Shown here piece by piece: positions 52,075 through 64,000 of a DNA stretch of 64,000 nucleotides (positions are counted from its first letter, which is position 1; each line of letters starts with the position of its first letter). The notes below the pieces were generated by a model. The model did not search any database. It worked only from the letters and a program-made list of their open reading frames with translations, and was not told the origin of the DNA. The stretch spans positions 100,936,001-101,000,000 of the forward strand of contig OX597823.1 of NCBI GenBank assembly GCA_951406725.2. The letters run 5' to 3'. The translations under genes were made by a program, and so were the position numbers. This DNA comes from Octopus vulgaris. Lineage: Eukaryota.

Positions 52075-55000
52075 TAAAAAAAGATACGAGTTTTATACCG
52101 CTGTACTTGGATGGTCCAGCATTGGCGCTGTATCTAGAGATGGAAGAGAAGAACCAACTCAGCGCGGAGAAAGTAGAAATCCAGTTGATGGAGGCCTTTG
52201 CGGAGGAAATGTTTGAGGCATACGCTCGCCTGGGGAAAACAAGATGGACTGGGGAATAGGTGGACATATTTGCCAATGAACTCAGGAGATTGGCTAAACT
52301 GGCGGGTTATGAGGGAGAGTCGCTCCAGAAGTGGTAGCGACATGGAGCGGAGAAAGCAGTGTAAGAGCAGTCGACGGAAGAGAAGTACACTGTGAAGGCG
52401 TTACAGATGCACGGATTGTAGTGCAGGGAATAAGGCTGACGCTGCGAGCAATTGTAGTTGGCCACTTGGTGGACGAGACTGACGTGGTGATGGGGATGGA
52501 TGCAATCACCCGTTTGGGAGGTGTCACTGTTAACGAGGCTGGTGTAACATTCGGGTTTGCGGAGAAACTGTGTATGGTGAGGCCATGCACAGGTGACAAC
52601 CGTGAGGAAAAGCATGCTGCACACGCCATTGAAGACCAGGATTTTTCGATGGCAAGAGGTGGACAGTGGAGTGGCACTGGAAGGGAGAGCCCCCGACGTT
52701 AAAGAACAAAGTGGGCTGCTATCAGCATACTCTAAAAGGAGATGCCAGAAGTGAGTTCGAGGGGGAGGTGGAGCGGTGGATTAAGGAGGGTGTATTGATC
52801 CTTTGGGAAAAAGAAGAGAGCGGAGTCCTGCCACTGATGGCGGTGATACAGCCCACAAAGCATAAGGTAAGGCCAGTGCTTGACTTCCGAGAGCTGAATG
52901 ACCACGTATCATGTCATACAGGCGGCGAGGCCACGGATATCTACGGAGACACCTTGTGAGAGTGGAGGTAGATGATAGGGGCCTCCACAATCGTTGATTT
53001 GAAGTCGGCATACCTACAGGTGCATGTGGCTGAGAAACTGTGGAAGTACCAGCTTGTCAGGTGCATGGGCCGGACGTACTGTCTGACCAGGTTGGGGTTC
53101 GGGCTGAATTCAGTGCCAAAGATTATGGCAACAATTCTCAAGGCCATCATGGCAAAGGTGGACAGAGTAAAAAAGGCCACCAATTCATACATTGATGATA
53201 TTCTGGTGGATGAAACCATAATGCCAGCAAGAGACGAGCCAAAGGAGTGAAGTGGAATGATAGAGTGGGGGAGAAGACGATCGACATGATACAGGAAGTC
53301 TTGGTCAGAGTAGGAGCAGAGGACCCAGTGAGGGGAAGTTGGTATGTTCCCAAATCAAAGAGCGGGATTGTATGGTATGACACCAGTAGCATTGCAATAG
53401 GGATTATCTTAAAAGTGGGAAGTGTCATGGTGGAAGATGCAGCCTGGCTCAGGGAGATGGATGACTGCAATCATATCAATGTGGCAGAATTGGATGCCGT
53501 GTTGAAGGGGGTGAACCTAGCCTTGAAGTGGGGGTTGCACACCATAGAAATCAGGACTGATTCGGCCACTGTACTTGGTTGGGTGACAGCAGTCATCACC
53601 AATGAGCAGAGGGTGCGGACCAAAGGGGCTGCAGAGATGCTGGTAAAGCGTCGATTGGGGATACTGCGTGAACTAACCACTGAGTTCAATTTGAAGCTGA
53701 GCGTGATCTTTGTGCCTTCCGAGAAGAACAGGGCGGACGTCCTGACCAGGGTAAAGTGAGCATTGTTGCAGGTGCCAGAGGATGCGAAGCAGGCTGTAGC
53801 TGCAGTATGCCTTCTGAGTGACTCGGAGTTGCGGAGATTGCATACCATGCATCACATGGGGGTGGACAGAACATTGTTACTAGCCAGGAAGGTTGACTTC
53901 GATGTAACAAGACGGAGTATGCAGAGAGTGGTTAGCAGCTGTGACAGGTGCCAGTCCATCGACCCTGCTCCGGGCGTACATGAGGCAGGAAGTATTCCAG
54001 TGGACCACGACTGGAAACGACTGGTGGTGGACATAACACACTACCGACAGGGGACATACCTCTCAATGGTTGACTGCGGACCGGGGTGGTTGACCATATG
54101 GAGGGAGATGAGGACGGGGACCGCAGAGGAAATTGTGAAAGTACTAAATGAGATATTCGTGGAACGAGGCCCCGTGGATGAACTGCTTCTGGATAATGGC
54201 ACTGCATTTCGCTCGGAGGTGCTGAAAGAAATGCTTGCTGGGTGGAAGGTCAACCGCTTCTTCAGGGCGGCATACCGGCTGAGTGGAAATGGGGTGGTGG
54301 AAAGGCATCATCGTACCATCAAGACCATGGCAGAAAGGGGCCTCATTTCACCAATCGGGGCTGTATTTTGGTACAATATGTCGCCCAGATCAGGACAGGC
54401 TGAGGAGTTGGTGCCACACAGGGCAATATTCAGGTACGAGTGGAAGCATCCGTGTACTGCATCAATGCGACCCGGGGCAGAGGAAGAGCACGCCTTCGTG
54501 CAGGTTGGGGAAGAAGTTTGGGTAAAAACTCCAAATGCACGGTGTACATCACGATAGGGAAAGGGAACAATAACCTCTATAAATTCGAAGAACAACATCG
54601 CTGTCGATGGTATGCCACGCCACGTTTTGGATATACGGAAGATTGTCCATGCCTCAGAGGATGGAGCCAGCAGCAGTGGGCAAGAAGATGAAGACAACAA
54701 CAGTAGGCAAGAAGATGAAGACAACATCAGTAGACAAAATGATGAAGCCAGCAGCAACATGCCAGGAACCAAGGAACTAGGATCGCACTGCGACCACAAA
54801 GGGAACGGCACCCTCCTCCCTAGTTGGCTGATTATGAAACCAATTAAGGTGTGAGTTCGGGAGCGAGGAGTGAGTGGGGAAAGCCGGTTGAGTGATCTGT
54901 AGAACAGGGGAGCGTGTGGTGTTGGTGGAGAGGATGACAGACGAGGTGGGTGGAAGTAGGGCTTGCAGGGGCCGGCGGAAGACTGAGGGGCGCATGCGCG

Positions 55001-55126
55001 GCAGGAAGCGGATGTGGTAAGACGAAACACGTGTGGTCAGTGAGGAAAGTGCAGCAATTCCAGCATAGACCTCATCAATTCCTCTCTTCCCTTCTCCAAA
55101 CTCACAGACACACACACACCTCCACA
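52075..55126 (+). mobile_element. Ty3/gypsy-like LTR retrotransposon (family C), 5'-truncated and internally deleted
   Basis: gag FIPLYLDGPALALY, protease C-terminus VVMGMDAI, RT KVRPVLDFRELN/VDLKSAYLQ/RLGFGL/YIDD, RNaseH HINVAELDAV/RTDS/NRADVLTR, and integrase HHMG..CDRC/LLDNG/GVVERHHRT. Probable 3' LTR TGTGG...CCACA at 54915-55126 after a purine-rich tract. Confidence 0.85.
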
Positions 55127-55742
55127 AAACAATCATAAAAAGAATTCTTCTCTAAACCCAAAGAAACCATTTGACCATCTCTCATTAAATACACACACAC
55201 ACACTCTCACAATGATAAAAAGAAATATAATTTATGGTCTACCTCCCCGCCATCACACACTCAATAACACTATGAAATGGTCAAAACTGAAATTCTTTTT
55301 CCCCAAGATCTTAGACCCCCTTTGGAGTAAGCATCGTGTCCAGCAGAGCAAAAAAATTATTTTCTTCTTCTTCCCTCTACCTTCCCCTCTTTTTCTTTAG
55401 CACTCATTCCAAATACAAAAACACACACACACACACGATCGCACACACACACATGCTCTCTCTCTCACTTTCTCCTCATACATCACCCTCTTGTACTGTC
55501 TTATATTCCTCCCCACCACTACAAACTCAATACCACTATAAAATGGTCAAAACTTTTCACACAGGAACTTAGTTTGATTTGAAAACCCCACTAGAATGGG
55601 AGAAGGCGCTAATACATGATCTAAGTTATATGATGTATAGAAAATGTAATATACAAATAAATATCTGTAAATATAAACCATCCGATTTTCTGAGTACCTA
55701 ATTTCTTCTAATATAAAATACCTGCACATCATCTCCAAACCT

Positions 55743-55814
<72 letters not shown>

Positions 55815-55940
55815 ATGAGTTGAGTATAGAAATTCGGGGTGAGTACTTGATAATTATAAGCACCTGTGTATACCGTTTGGTGGTGTAGGTGGTGGAGTAA
55901 ATTGATCAAAATAAAATAAAAACATGATGCGAAGGATTCA

Positions 55941-56018
55941 GCGGTACATATGTTTCGGGCCTTTATTAGACAGATTTATAACAATGCATAATGTATGTCT
56001 GTGGCCTTCTTCAGCCGC
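55941..56018 (-). ncRNA. Hammerhead ribozyme motif, intact core
   Basis: Minus strand GCGG-CUGAAGA-AGGCC...GGCCC-GAA-ACAUAUGU-A-CCGC. Confidence 0.78.
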
Positions 56019-56756
56019 GCACAACAGCTTCCGCAAGGACATGTGTTACATCAAAAATTCTTGGTTGGGGATGCAAATCCTCTCATTCACGTACGACATA
56101 ATGCGGCAGCAGCATAGAATTGAAGCGTCCATCTCTTTCTTCTCTCAATGTAGAATGAGGAAAATTGGATGTTGAGGTAATGTAAATAAATAAATACATA
56201 TATAGAGGTGAAGATGGAGGGGCGAGAGTTCGGGACGAGGGATAAAAAATGTATAAAAAGTGTAAGTATAGAATAATATAAAAATGTAGAGGGTAAAGAT
56301 ATAAAGAGTTGTAAGGGGATGTAAAGGGGGTATAAAGAAATATAAAGAAATGTAAATAAATGTAAAGGCATAAGGTTATAAAGTAAAAATAGAAATATAA
56401 CCTTATGCCTTTACATTTATTTACATTTCTTTATATTTCTTTATACCCCCTTTACATCCCCTTACAACTCTTTATATCTTTACCCTCTACATTTTTATAT
56501 TATTCTATACTTACACTTTTTATACATTTTTATCCCTCGTCCCGAACTCTCGCCCCTCCATCTTCACCTCTATATATGTATTTATTTATTTACATTACCT
56601 CAACATCCAATTTTCCTCATTCTACATTGAGAGAAGAAAGAGATGGACGCTTCAATTCTATGCTGCTGCCGCATTATGTCGTACGTGAATGAGAGGATTT
56701 GCATTCCCAACCAAGAATTTTTGATGTAACACATGTCCTTGCGGAAGCTGTTGTGC

Positions 56757-56834
56757 GCGGCTGCAGAAGGCCACAGACATACATTATGCATTGTTATAAA
56801 TCTGTCTAATAAAGGCCCGAAACATATGTACCGC
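56757..56834 (+). ncRNA. Hammerhead motif, mirror copy with A6>C core mutation (likely inactive)
   Basis: GCGG-CTGCAGA-AGGCC...GGCCC-GAA-ACATATGT-A-CCGC. Confidence 0.65.
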
Positions 56835-57299
56835 TGAATCCTTCGCATCATGTTTTTATTTTATATATATATTATGTATATATATATATATTATGTATAT
56901 ATATATATATTATGTATATATATATATATATATTATGTATATATTTAATTAAAAAAACTTTTGATAGTTATATATATTTAATTTTTAAAAAAATTTTAAA
57001 TATAAATTAATAATTTTAATTTTAAATTTAAATAATTTAAATTTTTTAAATTTTATATTTTTTGTATATTATATTAATTATTTTTTATTTTTATGTTTTG
57101 GTTTATGTTTTTCACAGTTTGATTTGCCTAATAGTATTATCTCTAATTTAATTTATATTTATACTGTGAAATTAGATTTAATCCTAAATCTAATTTTTCC
57201 CTGTAAGTTTGGATTTACTTCCTAATATTATTATTATTATTATAATTAATATATTGATAAATTACGTTTATTGAGTGTAATATCTCAATTTCGTAAGTT

Positions 57300-60200
57300 A
57301 TGGAATTTACAGGTAAGATAGAACTGCTATTTTGGAATTCATCTTTGAAGGATATTCCAATACCCTCTAGGAAAGAATATATTTTGAAACTTATTAATAA
57401 TATTAAGGATTTTGTTTCTAGAATTAAATGGAAAGCCTACTATTATAACTATAATATATCTAATTTTAATGATATTATGAATGATAATAATTTTGCTTCT
57501 AATTTTAAATCTAAAAAGGAACCCCTGTATAATAGAGATTTACAGATCTTAGAAGATAATATTTGGAAGGTGGTGAAAAACATTAAATTTCATAAATACC
57601 CAAACAGACATAATGAATATTTAAGAAATTTAGCTATTAGAATTAAAGAAATGAGAAATATGGATGGTATTATTGTACAATCAGATGAAACTAGGAATCT
57701 ATATAAATTGGATGTTAAATTAGAGAAAGAGATAATTAAAAAATATAAAATTGTTCCAGATAGTACACTTTATACTATAAATAAGGCCTCTAAATTAGTC
57801 ATGATGAACTATGAGTTGGATAATAAAACTGAACCTTAGAATGCACCCTAGAATTACTCTGAAAGACCATAAAGATAATTTTTATTCAGACCCTAAAGTT
57901 ATATTAATTTGTCCATGTAAATCAGACCTTGGTAAATTGAGTAAACTCATTTTAGATAAATATATTAATAAATTAAATAAGTTTAACTACCTAAAATTAT
58001 GGTTTAGTAATAATAATACTTTAAATTGGTTTAATAATATTAAAGAAAAAAATCAATATAAATTTATTCAAATAGATATAGATATAGGTGGTCCTCTGGA
58101 AGACACTTGTCCTAAGCCACTTTGACTATTGCTCTCAGCTATGGTCACCATCCAGTGTCAAGTTGATCACAGAACTTGAGGCGATCCAACGTAGCTACAC
58201 GAAGAAGATAGCCTCTGTGCAGCATATAAGCTACTGGGAAAGACTCAAGAGATTAAAACTCTATTCCTTAGAGCGTAGGCGAGAAAGATATGCCATAATA
58301 TACATCTGGAAGATCCTAGAAGGACTTGTCCCAAACTTTGGCATCGAGAGTTACATAAATGCCAGAACTGGGCGCCACTGCGTGGTGCCAAGGACTCCAA
58401 ATTTGCCATCAAGATGTAGGACAAGATACTGTGATAGCCTGGGCTTCAGAGGCCCACAGCTCTTCAATATCCTCCCGAAGAACCTGTGGGACCTGCATGG
58501 GGTGGATGCAGATGTCTTTAAAGTAGGACTGGATCTCTTCCTGTCAGGTGTCCCAGATGAACCAACTTCACGGCAGGAGGTGCAGATGAGGGCAGCTGCA
58601 TCGAACTCTCTCATGCACCAAATGGCAGTTGCTAAAAAGCATTCGTGAAGTAAAATCATGTAGCAACACCAAATGGCGGTGCCCCAGCATGGCCACAGCT
58701 CGTGAGCTGAAACTAGATAAAAATAAAAATAAATAAATAAATAAAATTATTCTTCTATTAATGAAATTGTGTTTAATAAGGCCCTAATATATGCAATGAA
58801 TAAAGTGGGAATGACTTTTGAAGAGGTTAATGTAATTAAAATGGTTAGGAAATCGTTTATTAGATACAATAATAAATTATGGGCTAGGAAGAATACTAGG
58901 GACTATTTTGATATACCTATGGGGGCACCCGATTCTGCACAAGCTACGGATTTGGTAGGTATTTATCTATTATCTGAACTTCAATTAGAAAATTTAAAAA
59001 TAGAGGGTGGTTTATATAGGGATGACCTTTTATTAATTACTAAGAATTGCACTAATAGGAACCTAGAATTATATAAGAAAAAACTTTATAGTTTCTTTAA
59101 AAGATATGGTTTAAGTATTACTATATATAATGAGAATTATAATGTTAATTATTTAGATGTTAATTTTAATCTAATTACGGGTAAAACACAACCATATCAT
59201 AAACTTAATGAAAACCTTAGATATATAAATGTAATCACCCACCATCAATTAAAAAATCGTTGATTAATAATATAAGTAAACGTATATCATTACTTTCTTA
59301 TGATTTAGAGATTTTTAATAAACATGCACCTTATTACAATGAGGCCCTACGAGAGGTAGGTTATAATAATAATATAAATTTTTTAATAAAAATAAAGATA
59401 AAAATATTAATAATAATTATAATAATTATGTTACTCATACTAGTAGTAATTTTAGTAATTATAAAAATAAAAATAAGAATAAAATTAAAAATAAGACAAA
59501 TTTTAACATTAATTCATTAAATGTTAATTATAATTATAAATTTAACTTTAATAATATTATAAAGAAATATAATAATAGTAATGGTAATGATAATGGTAAT
59601 AATAATAATAGTAGTAATAATATGATTAATTATAATAATGATAATAATAATAAGAAGAAGAATAATGATAGAAGAAGAATAAGAATAAAATTTGGTTAAT
59701 TGTTCCTTATGGTGCTCAAGTTAAAACGAACATTATTAAAGAGATTTTAGATATTATTGAACAATTTATTCATGATAATAGTAAATATAAAAAAAATGTT
59801 TCTCTAGTAATAACTTTGGAGTAGGTTATTCTACCACTAATAGTGTAGGTAACATTATTTCTTCTTTTAACAAATTTAAACTGAATAATTTTTATAAAAA
59901 TAAATTTCATAATAATACCAATAATAATAATAAAGATAAGACACTCATTAACTGTACATGTAGAGATAAAACTAAGTTCAAATTTAATAATAAATGTGAT
60001 TTAAACGATGTAGTGTATAAATGTATAGTTACATTACTTAATGAGAATAATAGGAATAATAATAACTTAAACACAATATATATAGGGTCCACTTCCTCTG
60101 AAATAAAATTAGGAATCGCACAGCATATGCATTCATTTAAAAATAAAAACCTAATTAATTCAACAGGACTTAGTAAATACATTTGGGGGCTTAAATCCCA

Positions 60201-61050
60201 AAGTATTAAGTATGATTTAAGGTGGGAAATAATAAGTAAGGCCAAATCATATAGTATAGGAGGCAATTATTGTTATTTATGTTCTAATGAATTTAAAGAA
60301 ATTTTATTTTATGATCATAATAATTTAGTGAATACTTTGGATGAGCGTAAAATAAAATGCAGACACAGGTTATTTTACTTATATAATAAATTTCTGGATA
60401 AATAATGACTGTATCTAAACCCTATTTTGTTCCTAATTTGTAGATATATGTACTAGTATTAATCTAAAATTTAGTATGTGATTTATAATACTTATTAAAT
60501 GATTTTATGTTATATTAAATAAATAATTTAATATTTTAATAATTTTATAAATATATTACTTAATAATAGTAGTGTAGTGTTTCAAATTCTTTATGAGGTT
60601 TTGTATTAGTCAATTATAGTTATTAAAGGTTCTTTATTTACTTAAAGTTAGATTATATTCAGATGTTTATTTTACTAAATATTTAATGGTTTTAATGAAT
60701 ATAGATTTTAGGAAGGTTTTAATTTTGAATGTATAGGACAATATTCTTTATGTAATATTTTTTATAATGATAATTTATTCAATTTTAGAACAATGTATTT
60801 GATCTATAAATAAATTAATTTACCTATATAATTAGGTTAATTTATTATTGATTAGCATTTATTTTGAGTATTAATAATATGATATGTAATATAAATATAT
60901 ATTTATCTTATACTAGAGTTAAGTTTATATTTTGTTATATTTTTGTTATAAATTTGTTGAATTAATCAATTTGTATGTATTTTCTTTATATTTGAAGTAG
61001 ATTTATTTAGATGTTTATTTAATCAATTTTATTTAATATACAGACGTATA
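57300..61050 (+). mobile_element. Penelope-like retroelement 2 (near-complete degenerate ORF, RT + GIY-YIG; Naiad-like), interrupted by CR1
   Basis: SLKDIPIPS, RIKWKAYY, QSDETRNLY, RITLKDHK, MGAPDSAQATDLVG, GLYRDD, NCTCR, VVYKC...IYIGST, TGLSKYIW, CYLC and KCRH. Confidence 0.88.
58087..58743 (+). mobile_element. CR1-clade LINE 3' fragment inserted in the Penelope RT
   Basis: KTLVLSHFDYCSQLWSP, LEAIQR and YWERLKRLKLYSLERRRER. A GC-richer island with an (AATA)n tail splits the host FIQIDI motif. Confidence 0.85.
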
Positions 61051-61161
61051 GAAAGGCAAGAAAGAATAAATGGATAAAACGAAATGTTTGCTTGTATGTT
61101 TGTATGGATGTATGAATGTAGGCATGTATATACGTATGTATACATATAATATGTATGTATA

Positions 61162-61192
<31 letters not shown>

Positions 61193-61284
61193 GTTTTGTG
61201 TATTATATGTATATGTGACCTCGTGTGTACCGTTGGCAATTTTTTTTTCCTCTGTCTTCCCTTCTCTGGATCTTTCCTTCTATA

Positions 61285-61318
61285 TTTCCGACGAAGAGCT
61301 CCGCTCGAAACGTTAAAC
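61285..61318 (+). ncRNA. Very compact hammerhead motif (U4>C in this copy) in a pLTR-like repeat (~61225-61410)
   Basis: TTT-CCGACGA-A-GAGC-TCC-GCTC-GAA-ACGT-T-AAA. Confidence 0.62.
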
Positions 61319-61444
61319 CCTCCTTCTTTCCTGAGCGTCCAATAATACTATATTTGTTCCACGCCCTTGCGTTGTTGTGTTTTTTTGTGCTTTCTTGTTT
61401 GGATTAACTATATATATATATATATATATATGTATACACATACA

Positions 61445-61566
61445 CAGTAATACATCACCTTATGAGGACGCGCTTTACGAGACACTAGGTTCTCTTCACG
61501 AGTTTTAGCTTAAAAATAAAAGCGTACTCTGGGAATGAATTTACTCGTACGTCGAGGCGTTACTAT
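61445..61566. mobile_element. Possible pogo/Tigger-type MITE or terminal remnant
   Basis: CAGTAATACATCACCTTATGAG vs reverse-complement end TAGTAACGCCTCGACGTACGAG; imperfect TIRs. Confidence 0.35.
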
Positions 61567-62748
61567 AATTTTATATAAATTAATTAATCTTATAAGATTT
61601 TTAGAGTATACATAGTAATTAGTAGTTATTAATTATTTATTTATTGAGTATTAAGTATAATTTATTATAGTTATTTTAATAATAAATCTTATAGTATAGA
61701 GTGGTTCTATTCTTTAATTGTGACTTCATTCTATTTACATTTATTGATAAACCATAGCTTTTTCCAATGACAATTTTAATTCACAATTTTCATTGATAAA
61801 ATATATTCGTAGTTTTTCACTGTTAAAGAATTCTTCATCTATTTATTCTATTTTTGATAATAACTTAATTCCACGAGTATTCTTATAAACGCTTAAAAGA
61901 TGTTTTCCGTTTTAAAATTTTAGTTCATCACAAAGCCTTGCAAAGCTAAGCAATCTATTTATATTTAAGATTTTAAAATTTTAGAATTTAAAATATTTTA
62001 ATAAGTCTTATTATATAATTTTGTATTCTGTATAAATACTGATTGTTATGTAATGATTTAGTTATCGAAGTTATGTATATAATTATTAGATTTTAACTCT
62101 ACTTAGATCGTTAATAGTAATACGATTTTTTAAAGTAAGGTTTCATGTCTATACATTTATTGATAGCATAAATTTTAGTCTTTAATCACTATATTTGTTG
62201 ATAGTTATTTAGTTATTATTTTTAAATATTTTATAATTATTGGATGTGTACTTAAATCTAATATATGAATAACGATTTTTTAGTTAAATAATTTGGTAAT
62301 TAAATTTTTGGACTATAACTGAGTTAAGGATATTTGTGAGTTTATTATGTTTTTAAGCTATTTTATATATTCATAAATATCTCTAATAGTTGACTTTGTT
62401 CTATTATAGCTTATATATAGCTATTTTCAATTGATAATTTGTAGCAGTATTTTTCATTGATAAATATATTCGTAGTATTTATTGGATACTATATAACTAC
62501 GGATTGATAATTTCATTGTATAAGTATTTAGTTGTTGAAGATATGTATTTCATTATTTCATTATTAGTTCTTAACTATACGGTTTTTGTACGTTATTAAT
62601 TAGCCAACGAGATATATGGATCGTTAAATAGTTATAGAGTTCTTTTAAGATAGTTTATTTGTTTACAATTTGCTTTTTCATCTTTAATCTTTTAATTTTT
62701 AATATATTTCATAAGTAATAATGAATAATTAATTTATTTAGTTTTTTA

Positions 62749-64000
62749 TTATCATCATCATCATCATCATCATCATCATTTAGCATCCGCTTTCCATGCT
62801 AGCATGGGTTGGACGGGTCAACTGGGGTCTGTGAAGCTGGAAGGCTTCGTCAGGCCCAGTCAGATCTGGCAGTGTTTCTACAGCTGGATGCCCTTCCTAA
62901 CGCCAACCACTCCGCGAGTGTAGTGGGTGTTTTTTACGTGCCACCTGCACAGGTGCCAGACAGAGCTGGCAAACGGCCACGAACGGATGGTGCTTTTACG
63001 TGTCACCGGCACGGGGCCAGGCGATGCGATGCTGGCAACGGACACGAACGGATGGTGCTTTTACGTGCCACCGACACGGGGCCAGACAGAGCTGGCAAAC
63101 GGCCACGAACGGACAGTGCTTTTACGTGTCACCGGCACGGGGGCCAGCCGAGGCTGGCAACGAACACGAACGGATGGTGCTTTTACGTGCCACCGACACG
63201 GGGCCAGACAGAGCTGGCAAACGGCCACGAACGGACGGTGCTTTTGTCACCGGCACGGGGGCCAGGCGAGGCTGACAACGGACACGAACGGATGGTGCTT
63301 TTACGTGCCACCGACACGGTTGCCAGACAGAGCTGGCAAACGGCCACGAACGGGCGGTGCTTTTACGTGTCACCGGCACGGGGGCCAGCCGAGGCTGGCA
63401 ACGGACACGAACGGATGGTACTTTTACGTGCCACCGACACGGGGCCAGACAGAGCTGGCAAACGGTCACGAACGGACGGTACTTTTACGTGTCACCGGCA
63501 CGGGGCCAGGCAAGGCTGGCAACGAACACGAACGGATGGTGCTTTTACGTGCCACCGACACGGGGGACAGACAGAGCTGGCAAACGGCCACGAGCGAATG
63601 GTGCTTTTACGTATCACCGACACGGGTGCCAGACGAGGCTGACAGCGGACACGAACGGATGGGTCACTTAACCCCTGCATTCTGATATATGATTTGATTC
63701 TGATTGTTCTCACTGGTCTTGCCGGGTCTTCTGACGCACAGCATACTTCCATAGGTCTCGGTCTCTGGTCATTTCCTTGGTGAGACCTAGAGTTCGAAGG
63801 TCGTGCTTCACCACCTCGACCCAGGTTCTCCTGGGTCTACCTCTTCCACAGGTCCCCTCAACTGCCAGAGTGTGGCACTTTTTCACACACCTATCTTCAT
63901 CCATTCTCGCCACATGACCATACCAGCGCAATCGTCTCTCTTGCACACAACATCTGATGCCTCTTAGGTCCAACTTTTCTCTCAAGGTACTTACACTCTG
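62749..64000 (-). mobile_element. RTE LINE 3' end with an expanded ~61-bp tandem array in the 3' UTR; continues beyond the window
   Basis: ORF end RRLRWYGHVARM...GRGRPRRTW (63710-63985), (CAT)n tail, homologous to 15700-16550. Confidence 0.9.
62956..63660. repeat. Minisatellite, ~12 units of ~61 bp in alternating A/B order
   Basis: Units begin GCCAG..CTGGCA at ~62956, 63015, 63081, 63142, 63203, 63261, 63322, 63384, 63444, 63504, 63565 and 63628. Confidence 0.9.

Larger units (their letters stand above)
55913..56862. repeat. Long near-perfect inverted repeat (~467-bp arms, 15-nt spacer); inverted Penelope pLTR pair
   Basis: 55913-56380 vs 56396-56862. Mirror ORFs 55924..56175(+) and 56600..56851(-) differ at one residue. 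Flanked by (TA)n, with a ~100-nt unpaired extension at 55811-55912. Confidence 0.92.

Noticed and set aside
54308-55030. 240-aa minus-strand ORF
   Set aside because: Antisense to the gypsy integrase tail and LTR, low complexity, no domain.
55924-56851. Duplicated 83-aa and ~95-aa 'genes' on opposite strands
   Set aside because: They are mirror products of the inverted repeat, with no recognisable domain.
61455-61505. Hammerhead on the minus strand (GTGAAGA...GTAAAGCGCGTC)
   Set aside because: No stem I and an interrupted GAAA. Better explained as part of a pogo-like terminal repeat.
62809-63685. Long ORFs (277 and 252 aa) or a CRISPR-like array
   Set aside because: The ORFs arise from a stop-poor tandem repeat on the antisense strand of a LINE UTR. 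There are no unique spacers and no cas genes.

Overview
AT-rich, microsatellite-laden eukaryotic DNA made almost entirely of nested transposable-element debris. The repeat types look like a coleoid cephalopod (Octopus-like) genome; this is an inference. The only intact host gene I can support is a tRNA-Asp(GTC) at 41392-41463 (-). Retroelements: two degenerate Penelope-like elements (RT plus C-terminal GIY-YIG, Naiad-like), several RTE LINEs (one family carries a PHD finger inside the RT), a near full-length BovB-like RTE, a ~10 kb co-oriented chain of R4/Dong-type LINE 3' ends, a CR1 fragment, three Ty3/gypsy families with LTRs, and tRNA-derived SINEs. DNA transposons: a chimeric mariner, a Merlin/IS1595-type transposase and two non-autonomous Helitrons. 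The most striking unannotated structure is a set of long fold-back palindromes, mostly set in (TA)n tracts. Four of them, plus one standalone repeat, carry minimal type-I hammerhead ribozyme motifs with unusual cores: a G3-C8 swap, ~50 and ~85 nt stem-II domains, and one palindrome whose axis falls inside the catalytic CUGAUGA. Most short ORFs in the supplied track are microsatellite or antisense artefacts. All family calls rest on motif recognition by eye; no database searches were run.
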